NCBI GenBank assembly: GCA_011109175.1
Contig: RDEW01000031.1
Coordinates: 157,313-221,312 of the forward strand
Reading direction: 5' to 3'
Length of the DNA stretch: 64,000 bases
From: Dicyema japonicum
Lineage: Eukaryota > Animalia > Dicyemida
The position numbers were made by a program, and so were the translations under genes. The notes under the pieces were generated by a model that had not been told where the DNA came from, did not search any database, and worked only from the letters and a program-made list of their open reading frames with translations. Positions 25,106 through 36,699 of the stretch are shown piece by piece. How positions within the stretch are numbered: position 1 is the stretch's first letter; each line of letters starts with the position of its first letter.

Positions 25106-25569
25106 TCAATTAATAAGTGAATGTTTACATTCCAATGTGGCATCCGTCACTGATATTAACCCGTTGAATAAAAAGCGAGAATTATACAGGTATAGTTCCA
25201 CAGGTTGCTTACTCAGTCCGATTTTTTTAAGAATGTATAAACCGTCGCCATCGTTCCCAAATGTAACATTGTAATGGCCAATATATACAGATATTCCAGA
25301 ACCAAAGATTTTATAATGAAACCAGGTATTAATCGTTACTCCTTGTAAACCAAGTCATATTTGGTTTTATTGTAGACTAGTTCGGTTATGAAGCAAGGGT
25401 GGTTATTTAGATTTTCTGTTTTGAAAAATTTTTCATAGGTATTTGGTGATTTAATTTTTTCCTTTAAAGCAATGGATAGCACTAAATTACAAATTATTGA
25501 TTAAATAATACATAATGTCAAGACAATGTTTGTTATTAAAAGATGCACTATTTTTGTTGTAAACAGCAT
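25106..25569 (-). pseudogene. Orphan secreted-type gene with one in-frame TAA (pseudogene, readthrough or sequence error)
   Basis: Hydrophobic N-terminus MLFTTKIVHLLITNIVLTL|LLSIAL across a 30-nt intron. One frame runs to TGA at 25106, broken only by TAA at 25336-25338. Confidence 0.4.
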
Positions 25570-25719
25570 CGCTAAACAAAAAATGTGCACTTATGTATAG
25601 AAATAAGTGACGATAAAACTTATGGACAAAATTGGAAATCGTAGACTTCCTGTAAATAAAAATATTAAAAAATAATTTAAAAAAATTTCGATAAATTAAG
25701 ATTTATCATACAATACATC

Positions 25720-25910
25720 TTTCGTTTGGGGACCCTCGCAAATGTTGCCATGGAGGATTACTTTGTTATGGACACTCCTCGTTTCCGTGGTCGACCAAGG
25801 ACGACTCTACCGTACCTCCTTGATAAAGATCTTAAGAAATTGGGAGACGCCTCAAGGACGAGAAAGATCTCGACAGGCTGCGAGATTAGGCAAAGAATCG
25901 CCAGAACTGA
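25720..25910 (+). mobile_element. RTE-like LINE 3' end
   Basis: MEDYF...RFRGRPRTTLPYLLDKDL, the same family as 56700-57830. Confidence 0.7.
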
Positions 25911-25949
25911 GGAAGTTAACTAGTCATTTGATTTCTAGTGTTATGCATT

Positions 25950-26300
25950 CTCTGTCACGTCTTATGACATATAAAATTTCTCGATTCTGCACTTTTTAAT
26001 TGTTGCCTGTTCTTGTTCCTTAGCCCATTGACACATTCTTCTGTTCTCAATTGATTGTTATTGATCAGATGGTATACCTCAATATAGTCTGCCAATTTTA
26101 TGTTCACACTTCGTAACTTATATAAAATGGGCATGCATGTAATTTGCCTCAAGTCATTTGACCTATTTCCGAATGGAATAGATAAGAGCTTCGTAGTGTG
26201 TTGCTCAGCATAAATGATGACAGAAATATTATTCGCAGAAGGGTGGCACTTGATAAATTAAAAATTTCCTTTTTTAAGAAGTTGGTAAGGAATTTTTTGG
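25950..26300 (-). mobile_element. R4/NeSL-like RT fragment
   Basis: LSIPF...DLRQITCMPILYKL...NNQL matches the early RT subdomains seen at ~24440. Confidence 0.55.
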
Positions 26301-26589
26301 TAAAGTATCTATAATCCATGGGAAATTGGCCTACTATTTTACTTAGCACAAAATTCATTCAAGCAATTTTCAAAATTGGAAATTTCAGTATTTAGAATCT
26401 AAACTTCCTGACCCTACGGAAAGGTAAATTCTTTTTATTTGACCTTCGCCAGACTCTTCAAATTAGCCACCGATTTTTTCTTACTCCAGTGGGGATTCCT
26501 ATAATGGCGGATACTTGGAAAGAACGCGATCCTTGAACAGGATATGTCCCACCCCTACCGGAGGCACCTGATAAAACCTACTATATATA

Positions 26590-26760
26590 TTTGTGGTTAT
26601 AATCAGCATTGGCAGGAATCTGAAAAAGTTCTTTGAAGCGAGAGTATCCATTCATTTGACGTCAGAGACGTGGGACTTTCTATCAGTAAACAGAGAGATG
26701 GTAATTCCAACTGGAAGTTTTCCGTCTCGTCTACAGGACTTAGGAGAAACTAACCACCCC
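26590..26760 (-). mobile_element. CRE-like RLE fragment
   Basis: RRDGKLPVGITI...MDTLAS. Confidence 0.6.
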
Positions 26761-26998
26761 AAACCTTTTTTTTGAAAAATAGTAGAATTAAAATCGAAGC
26801 AGATAGCTGGCTGCCAGTATCAACCCTAAAAGGCTTTTTCTAATGATGCCCAGCTACTTCATCGGAAATTTTTTATGGCTAACATAAGTTCAATTTTCTT
26901 TGACTCATGCTCTTTTTTGTAACCCCAATGCAACACCTTAATAAGCTTTAAGAACAATTTCAAAGAAAAAAGTAAGATGATACAATATTAAACAATTG

Positions 26999-29900
26999 TT
27001 AAATGGTTTTCTTATGACGAATTCTACGGAGTATTCCAGATTTCTTTGACTTCTTTTCAGCCCCCTTGTCGGAGATAAGAGAAAACTATCAATCAAATAT
27101 TAATGAAAAATACAGTAGATCCGTTAATACTCTCCCTGCGAGAAATACGCTTAAAAACAGACGAATCGTACGAAAAAAGTGACGTCGTCTCGAATTCATC
27201 AACATAATTCATAGACGCCTAAGAAAAAATATCAGGTTAATACCCTCGCAATGTTCATATTCATGTTAATTTCAGGAGATGCTTTAGAGCTTTTAAAATC
27301 CGAATAACCGAATGAAAACATCCGAGTCAAACTATGCGTCAATCTAAGGAAATTCAACAAAAACAAAAACCTTGACAATTTTGACTGAATGACACTTGAT
27401 GGAAGATTATCAATCCCACAATGAAGAATTAGCGAATTCTACATATCAGAAAAAACTACGTTGCTGCAGGAGGTGGAATTACTGATATGCTTTGCCAAAT
27501 CGTCAATAACCTTCTTCTTCACATCGCAATCACCCATTTCTTCTCTAATAAGGGAAAAAGCACAAATAAGCTCACTCATCGAATTAATTGACTGCCAAAC
27601 CAATGCAAATACATAATCTGAATATAAAAAAAGATTAAAAAAACCGCTATCATCTACAAAAATGATGCGACGTATAAACGAATGAGGTAGCAATGCAATG
27701 TGTTTATATGGTTTTGTCTGTCTATGTCCAGGAATGTTAATTTTTCTCCTACATTTGCAGAACTAAAAGTAATATTTGAATGTGAAACTTCAAGATAGTC
27801 GTTGAATACACAAATTATCATTTCGTCTCCTTCTTTAACCAGCAGATTGGATAATTCTGTCACTTTAATTTTCATCAACAATTTGCTACTGGACGATTGC
27901 AATGATTGCTTTGAAATTAAGATAATAAAAAACAGGGCATTTGGATATATCATTTATAAGATCAAGCATGCATGCTAAATTGTCATTTTCCTCACAAAAC
28001 CGATTAATCTTTCTAAAAATAAATATGCAATGAAACGATAAAGAATTTTCTAGCAAAGAAACTGCTTGAGTAAGAGATGAATGCTCTGGAAACTTCTCTG
28101 AAGTGTACTTTAACATTTCTGGTCTAATTATGATCAGTAACCTTGCAGGAGAAGTTTTGTCTGAGGGAGCCGTTGAATAGGTCTAATATAAAGATCAAGG
28201 AATTTCTGTCTTGCACTCACTTCAAATGACTCTTTAAGCTAAAAGTAAAAAAAATAAAAAAAAAATAGAATAAACAACAAAAATAAGATTAAAAAAGATT
28301 AACGAAAATACCTTAACAAATGCCATAAATCTTGGTTTTTCGACCATCAAGTTTTTTACACGTTTAATTGAATCTTTGTATTTATTGGTAAACCTCATAT
28401 ATCCTGTAGTAATTTGGTCAATCCTTTTAATATAAATTTCCCCAATTGAAGCTTTATCATTCCAATTAGCAGCAATTTGGGACAATTCATTCAAAATTGG
28501 TCGATGAATTTCATAAAGGTGACTTATAGTTCCAAAAATATAACTGATGTCTGAGATGGAAATAAGTTCTTTATTAGGATCACCGACCAATTGGGAAGCT
28601 CAGTGTAAATATTCTTAAAATATAAAGAATTGAAAGAAAACCTGTCCAATAAACTCCAATACACTACAATAATTAATTTCGGTATTGTAAAGCTCGTCAA
28701 ATAAAAAATGTTGCCTAGTTTTGACTGCTGTTGGAGGCGGTTTCTGCTGGCCTTTTGAATCACTATTTGAGGACATTCCTGAACATTTACAAACTGCATC
28801 TTAAGCCTTAAATTCTAATGTTTATACTTGAGTGTGTCGAAGAAGGCGAAGGTACCGTTATGTGAGTCAAATCAACTTTATTTTTTTCATCGATAGAATT
28901 TTCGCAGGGAATAGAAACGTTGACTGTAAGCAACTGAGAGTTTGGCCTTTCTTCCACCAGTTCGGCCAGAGTAAATCGCTGTTTTTTGTCTCGCGGTTGA
29001 ATATTCTACATTTTTAAAAAATATACATTCAGATAAACCAAATAAGAATTTACGTTCACGTACATGTTAATTTGGATGCATTTCCAGAACCACTGAAATC
29101 AAAAATTCAAGCAAACTTCCGAACTAACAACAACCACGTTGAGCTTAGAAATAAGGGGGATCTCCGAATCATCGTAATCTTCGAAAACAACCACGTGGGT
29201 GCAATTACAATCAATCATTTCAACATAAGTACCATCAAATTATATAGGAAAAAACTAACCGTAATTTCCTATTAGATCAATGTAGTGTTGCAAATCATCT
29301 TCTGAAGAAAGTCCGAAAAATGCAATGTGAAGACCATGGAAGCACTTAATTTGATGCTTCAACATGAAATCCTCCGATAGAGGATCGAAATTTTCGTCAT
29401 CACGGGCATTCCAGGATTCAGTTATCCAAGAATCCGTTAGAACAGAAATTCCCATGGCTGAGCCTTGAGCTGCTTCAGAAGAATCGGCTCGTTGACTGAT
29501 GATGATTTGAATATCTTCAGAAACGATTTTTTTAACCAAGGCTGACATATTATGAAGTAGCGAAACATATTTTCCCTGAAAAAGTTAAAAAACAGTATTT
29601 AAATTATAAAAAATAGATAAAATACAATAAAAATAAATATTTGAAAATTAAACAAATTTTTTGTAAAAATAATAAAATTGATAAACAAATTTACTGATGC
29701 GATGAAAATTAAGTGAATAGTTTTAAATTAAATTTAATAATAATCCAATCACAAAATGTTATTCACTACCTAAACTTTCGAATAAAATAATATTTTCGAA
29801 GTAAATAAATACGTTGATTTATATGAGAATTTAAGAAAAATAATAAAGTTGTTCAAACTGCTTAACAATATTTAGATATGTTTACTAACCATGATGTCTC

Positions 29901-30285
29901 GATCGAAGCCCACGCTGAAGGAAATTACGACATTCTTTAGTTTTTTGTTGTATGTTGGTCTCTTCAAGCAAGGAAGTGTCTATCAATCAACAAAAATCAA
30001 ACATCGTATTGTTTAACATGATCCATGAACATTTTAGGACTAATGATAGATCTAATAGTGTGTCGACACTCCATAAAAGCTTCAGATTCGAAATCGTTAG
30101 TGACTAAACAATATTTTGCAATTTTTTGGTGAAAATTCCGAGATATCATTGATAAACAAGATTCTGTCAGCGACACTCTGTTCTTAATAAAAATTGTTAT
30201 TACAAACCTCAGCGGCACAATATAGTTTGGAGTCTTCATTATTTCGCTGGATGCCAACAAATACAACGAGATTTAAACCGCCCAT
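26999..30285 (-). CDS. ECT2: ECT2/Pebble RhoGEF (BRCT repeats, DH, PH)
   Basis: TLPCLKRPTYNKKLKNVVISFS|GKYVSLLHNMSALVKK and WITESWNARDDENF (BRCT). RQHFLFDELYNTEINY and LDLYIRPIQRLPQTKLLL (DH). IICVFNDYLE (PH). Start codon is probable rather than certain. Confidence 0.9.
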
Positions 30286-30699
30286 CCAAGACAACCACAA
30301 GAAAATTTAAACTGATACCTCCTAATTGATTGTATAATAATTACAATAAATAAAATTTAAATTTAAAAAAATATTTAATTTAAATACTACGGCAGATGCT
30401 TATTTCTTTATTTAGAACCCCGGGATCACCGAGAAAGAAAGACAGAAAAAAGGTCAGACAGTTAGGTAATCCCAGTTCCAGCGATCAAACGAGCCATTTA
30501 ACGTCTGTGGTATCCCATTGTTCCCACTACCATGCAGAAGAGCCTTCTCTCATCTCTACAGAGGAATCCGATTGGGAGGGGAACTTCCTAACCAATCGAC
30601 TTTCTTTTGCCTTGGCAAAAGACTGCTAAGCGGGTTTCCGTTTTCTTTACAGAACCGAAGCAATCCGGTTCCGCGACTACGGGTCGTAGCTTCCGTAGT

Positions 30700-31170
30700 A
30701 GGGGATTAACGATTGATCTAAAATGAGGGGAGGGCCCATCATAAATATAGTCTTTCGGTATATTGAATTGATTATATGGAGCGTAGTCTCTGATAACGCA
30801 AATTTTCATGCCAGAGACATACTCCACAGCCAAGGTCCTTTTTGATTAGTTTTTGGTCCTCGTTATTTCAATAGTAATGACGTGGGAAGAATTGCAACAA
30901 AGTACCACAAGGGTTATCTAAAAAAGTTATGGGTAGATAGGAAACTCCAGGCCTATCTACAGTCAACTGTATTAAAGGGGACCATAGAGAGTCTGACACT
31001 GAGGTATAGGAGGCAGAGGCCGGAGATGCCATATGGGCAGACGGTTCAATTGGACAAGGCGCACTCGGAGTTGTTTCAGCAACCAGAATCGAACTTGCCT
31101 GAGGAGGCTGGCGAACATGAGGAATGTTGTTGATAATAAATATTAACTTTTTTATTGTTAGTTAAATAAA
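30700..31170 (+). mobile_element. R4/NeSL-like 3' end
   Basis: VMTW-(fs)-IATKYHKGYLKKLWVDRKLQAYLQSTVLKGTIESL, followed by an AT tail. Confidence 0.7.
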
Positions 31171-31204
31171 ATGTTCTTCAAATTTGATATTTTAATTCGA
31201 AATA

Positions 31205-31400
31205 AAGGCAAAATCGCCACTCTGCCCTTCCTGTAACCTTGATGACCACGAGACAGATCACCTTTTCTCGTACCCTGGAACACCTTCTGTTTCTTCCCCG
31301 CACGGGATTAAACTTTTGGATCTCTGGGAACGTCCGTCATCGGTGGCTACATTTTTGTTAGCCATCAGTTTCCATCATTTGAAAGGACTGAGTGTAAGTA
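31205..31400 (+). mobile_element. I/jockey-group LINE C-terminal zinc-knuckle remnant
   Basis: SPLCPSCNLDDHETDHLFS...LDLWERPSSVATF. Confidence 0.55.
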
Positions 31401-31469
31401 AATAATACAATTCGAAATATTCGTATACAATTTTGGTTTTTTAATTGAGGTGGTGAAGGCATCTCTATT

Positions 31470-32600
31470 GCACTATGTCTTCTTCATGCACTCAATCTTT
31501 CCTGCTTTCTGTTGGCGTAAAAAGACAACACTTATGTGAAGACCTCCAACGATACGGAATATCTGTATGCTGTCTCCAGGAGACTAAAGTCCCCAATGGC
31601 CTGGATGAAACAATGAACGGGTATCGACTGCTCCTATTGCATCAGACTGCCGACATTATGGGATGGGGTTCACTATGCTCATGGACGCAGCTGTGGTGAC
31701 TCAGAGCGGAGTATCAACGACAGGATTGCCATCTATCATCTACGCCTTGAAAACAACCGCAATACTACTTTATCGATTATCAATGTATATACACCGACCA
31801 TAGTGAGGTGATATCCGCCAACGCAGAGGAACTTGACAATTTCTAGTCGTCTTTATCATTGGCTTACTCTTTTATGTCAAGCTCCTATATGCTCTTTATA
31901 GCGGGAAACTGGAATTCCAAAGTGGGGAAAAAGCGGGACGAATCAAATTGCTCGGGCAGCCACGCTCGAGAGATCAGAAATCTGTCGGAGTGGGGGGCCC
32001 TTATACACTTCTGCAAGTCATTTGGACTGTTTCTTAGTAACACAGCGTTCTGAACCGCAGCGCGATATATGACGACGTTGACAGGGCAGAAGAGAGACTC
32101 TTGTGGAAATCGCGTCAATATAATTACCAAATCGACTACATACTATGCAGGCAAACACAGAAGGAGCTACTCACGAACTCCCGTACGTATAATGGCATGA
32201 TGACCTTGAGTGATCACAGACTACTGGTTACACGTCTCATTCTAAAGCTACGCTTTGGAATCTCCGGAGCACTGGCAGCTCAAACGCGGAGCAGAACCTT
32301 GGCCGTGGAGGCTCTATTGTTTCCGACCATACCCGTAAATTTACGGCGAGAAAATATCGAAACTGCTGGAAAATACCAGCTCGAATGTCACCCGGGCTGC
32401 TATGGAACTATATTTCGATCAGAGTCAAGCAGGCTGCTGGGATGGTGCTGGAAAATCGTCCAAGGTTGTTCAAGGGAACTTTTGACAAAGAAATAGAAAA
32501 ATTGGCAAAAAACCAAAGGAAATTCTGACTCTTAATTGAGTCGTCGAACTTGACAAGCTTCACTGACTCTCTAAAAGAGAACGTAACAGAATCAAATACA
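31470..32600 (+). mobile_element. RTE-like LINE endonuclease region, decayed
   Basis: SVCCLQETK, IINVYTPT, FIAGNWNSKVG, YQIDYILCR and LSDHRLL. Confidence 0.85.
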
Positions 32601-32659
32601 AAGTAAAGAGAAGAATGAAAGAACAAACCCGGCATACACTGGATAACTTATCAAAAGAC

Positions 32660-32995
32660 GCTGAACGATACAAGCATCATTGTTTGCCTTCAGATCGACC
32701 GTCCTGTTTTCCCAGTCTCTTGTCTGAAGCAAATAGGATTGTGAAGGACTTCTCACTACTGGCAGTTAGGCGATCTTCAATAGCCATTCGTCAAGACGGT
32801 CCAGATTTTGTTGCAATCTCGAAGTGCCGATCTGGATGTCCTGATCACATGACGCAATTACAATGTCGTCGGCATAAGTCAGAATAATATTATTTTAGAT
32901 GTTCGGAGTGGGGAGGTCCGCCATAAATAGATTGAATAATACTGGGGACAAATGGGATCCTTGGGAAACACCATTAGGAAGAAGCGGCACCACCA
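32660..32995 (-). mobile_element. Jockey/I-like RT fragment
   Basis: GVSQGSHLSPVLFNLFMADLP...YADDIVI. Confidence 0.8.
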
Positions 32996-33023
32996 AGCCT
33001 AATGAAAAAAAATCATTTCTTTC

Positions 33024-34015
33024 ATGAACTTTAGTAAGTTAAACGAAAACATTTTAAAGAAAAATTTATTTTAAAATTAATTAATATTTATTTATCAATA
33101 TAATTTATTATTTCAAATCAACCAAATTAATGCAAGGCTTTTGTTAGAAAGAAGGTCGCCTATTTTTTGGAAAATCTGTCTGATTATAATTGTTATACTT
33201 CTTTGGGTTTTATTTTAAAATAACATTTAAAGGTCTTAGCTGTTGTTTTTCTGATTGTTGGACGGTCGCAATTGAATAGTACTGCCTTACATTTATTTTT
33301 GTACAAAACAAAAAATATTTTAAATGAACCAAAAATTTTTATTGTTTGTGGTTCATTTATTCTAATTACGGCTCTATTGGGACTCTTTGGAATATTCACT
33401 CCAAATAGAAGCATCATTGTCGCAGTAATCATACAATTATATTTTTTAGTTCATAGTTGCCCTATTTATTACTATTTGCATAAATATTACTCTCATTTTG
33501 CTTACCACTCTCTTCGTCGACAAAGTTCCTTTAATTCTGAATTTGTAGATGCAATTTTATGCCAATTCTTCCTTTACCACTGCTTTTGAAAACTATGAGA
33601 AATTGGATTACGCTAAAGAATTGATTGACTTGTTCCAAAAAAATGTTTTGCCAGAAATTTAATATTTAGAATACCTGTTGTGGGATGAATAAATACACTG
33701 ACTGGATTGATTCTGGCTATTACAACATTCACTATTCATTTCCTCCAAGTTGCTGCTTTGATACCTTAACTGTTTGCACAAAAAGAGACAAAAAGTATTT
33801 TAATAAGGTTTGTTACGAAATTTAACGACGTTAGCCTTGCTATCCGATACTTCTAGAATATATACAATATTATATGAACGTTTTTATTGTTAGTGGTGTC
33901 GGATTTTCCGTTTTCTGGGTAATTTCTCATATTTAGTTTTTAGGGATTTGCTATGCTAATTGGATGCATCCTGTTCTGTCGTGTTGATCAAAGATATAAC
34001 AGATTAACTGATTAA
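33024..34015 (+). CDS. Tetraspanin
   Basis: Four hydrophobic segments and an EC2 loop with CCG (NTCCGM), PPSCC and a final Cys. Tiny introns. The start at 33024, via a 99-nt intron, is tentative. Confidence 0.85.
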
Positions 34016-34969
34016 TTAAAATTTGGTCTTTATTCTCGTCAATTTTATCTTTTTGTTGCAGTATTATTTATAGTTCAAACTAAATAATGTTATTTTTGTG
34101 TAGTCTTAATTTTTTTTCGATTTGAAAACTCTAAAACAATTTTTTTATTTTAAAGATTTTAGACAGTTGGACAGTCTAGTAACGTCTTTGACTTAATTGT
34201 ACTTTAGTATGTCTATTCTACATGGAAGAAACTAGCACGAGGGACGGAGGGGACTACGAATCAAGCGAAACTCTGATTATTCATATGCTTATGGAAAACG
34301 ATGAAGTGTTTCAAACTATTCGTTTTTATTATAAAAATAAATTCAAACAGCTTATGTACATTTAAATAGTTTAAATTAAATTTTTAATCAGTTTCGCTAA
34401 CATGTAAAAAACTTGCTACCGACAAAAAACGCGCCGCTAAAACAAAACGCTCCCAGAGATCCATTACTTTCACGTCGAGCCCTGTTAGTCCAGGACAAGC
34501 AAAAATATTCCGAACTTCTCTCCAAGCCAGAAACGGATGATGACCACATCATGAACGAGAAAGTTCCGCTCTGACGACCTTCGGAAGAGGCAGTTCTGAA
34601 GCGCTAATCTCAGGGGTCTGCGCTCTAGTATCTTGTTCTCTTCAAAGGTTCTTATGGCATGTATATACATAAAGTTATGTATACTTTGGTCCAGGTTTGG
34701 TTTTTTGTCGGAGGTGGGATTTTCCTGAGTGTTCTTTGGAGTTAAGCGAATGTTCTCCGTATATGCCTGCGGTTAGTAAATTCAAATAATGGGGAGGTGG
34801 GTAATTTAATCAAACGAAGATATTGTAAGCTTCTCATTTCAAGTTGGTCACTAGAGGTAGGATTTTCAACTTCCAGTGTAAGTACCCAACTGGAAATGAT
34901 TTCAAACAGCCGTCCTTCAATGCCAGAAGTCAGAATAATCTGATAAAAATTATCTATTCTCTGGAGGTG

Positions 34970-35230
34970 AAGAACTATGAATTCTTTCTGTTATCTACAA
35001 GAAACCAAAGTCAGAGATGAACTAAACGAAACAAATGAAATTAACAAAAACGATGTTGTATCCTTCTACTCAGTGGGTTATAGACGAGAATTTGTAGTTC
35101 ACAAAAACTTGATCCAGCTACTTCATTATATGAGAGTTAATGATAAGTTTTTGTGCTTCGACTTCGTTTGGGTCTATTGTAAAATCAAAAAGAATAACTC
35201 ATTTTGTCAATATTTATGCCTTTAACGGTG
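34970..35230 (+). mobile_element. LINE endonuclease remnant
   Basis: FCYLQETKVRDELNET, similar to ~31560. Confidence 0.5.
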
Positions 35231-36699
35231 ATCAAGAATATTTTATTGGCTAACATGGATGTTATATGCATGGTTTTGGGAAATTTCCATTGGATATTTA
35301 ACCAGTTTCTATGCAATACTGGGTTATAACACCCATTGCAGCATATAGCAACCTGTACTGGTCACATGCGCTTTTAATTAGTAATGCTAATAGTCACACC
35401 TTGCTGTCGGGAAAACGATATTTTGCAGAACAGTTATTCTCATCACTTAATTTTGGAGAACCTTTATCAAGAACACTGTCTAAATCACTCAAAGTATAGC
35501 TGTCGATAACTTTTTGATTAGGACATGATTAGAAATCATACATAAAATGTTGTTTCATGCTAATGAGTACTCCAGTAAATAATGTCTTAAAACAAGTTAG
35601 TCGCCCAGAAATACTAAAGTTTTACTAAAAGTAAAAAGATCTTAAAAAGCAAAATTAATTTCAAAACTGAATTAAGAACGTGTATTAATTCATACGCAAA
35701 ATAAATTCTTACATGCACATATATCATTGAAACGATAAAACCGTTTCACAAGTCTCGGCAGCATCCGCATATATAAGCGATACTTATTTGAGAGTCCATC
35801 GGTGTGCCTCCTTAGGGACTGTCCTTGACAATGTTTTCGCAAGAATAGGGGTGTACGTCTGACTCGGTTTAGATGTTTATGTGCCCACCATTGCTGATGC
35901 GGCAGGATTGTAGACTTTAAAGGCATTCATTCCTTTTGGCGCAGGAGAAGCGCGGGAAGGAATTCAAGAGATAAAGGCATTAATGGAGTCAAGCGGGTAC
36001 CGCCGGATTTCTACACAGGTAGAGCCCATAGGGTTGGACTTAGCAAACAAAAAAGACCACTCTTTTTCCCCGGGAAAGTTGGAAATATCTCGCTTGGGAT
36101 GCAACTTGTATGGAAGGTTTCTGACTTTTTGTTTTGAATCATGTTCCTGACTTATTTCAATCCATCGGTACGCTTATTGCAAGGAAGAAACGGAGATTTT
36201 ATTCATTTAAAAAACAAGAACAAAAGATTATCAATGATGAAGAGAAAATAGAGGCAGATCACCACCTCAACTTCTAACCAATTAACCACTTGACAACTAT
36301 GTGGAGAAATAGCCAAACCAAAGACAGACGTTTTCTGAGACTGAATAGTCTCAGTTCTAAACTATTGGAACAATTGTGTATATTACGAGATAATAAACTC
36401 TCAAAAACAAAAAATGATTTATCTAAAATACTATTCACAGCAATTATCACTTCCCACTTTGTAATCCTAAAAAATGGCTAAAAATTCCTTTGACTCTATA
36501 TGAACATAGTAAACACGAAAATAGAAATGGGAATTTAACAAAAACTTAAAAATTGCTCCCATTTATTATTCATTTACTCCTTATCAAGCAAATATCAAAA
36601 AATTCTTAATAAAGGCTACAGACGAGCACCTAACTACCGTTTCCAGATTTCTTCCTCACTTTAGTAATATTTGAGTCGTCTAGTATTTTTATACTGATT

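Noticed and set aside
9417-30285. Ciliate-type stop codon reassignment (TAA/TAG = Gln), suggested by Paramecium-sized introns
   Set aside because: PLC, IMPase, ECT2 and the tetraspanin end in TAA at the expected positions, and internal stops are explained by introns.
34480-36130. GC-richer segments at 34480-34720 and 35700-36130 as genes
   Set aside because: No recognisable motifs or tiny-intron structure. Probably unclassified repeat debris.
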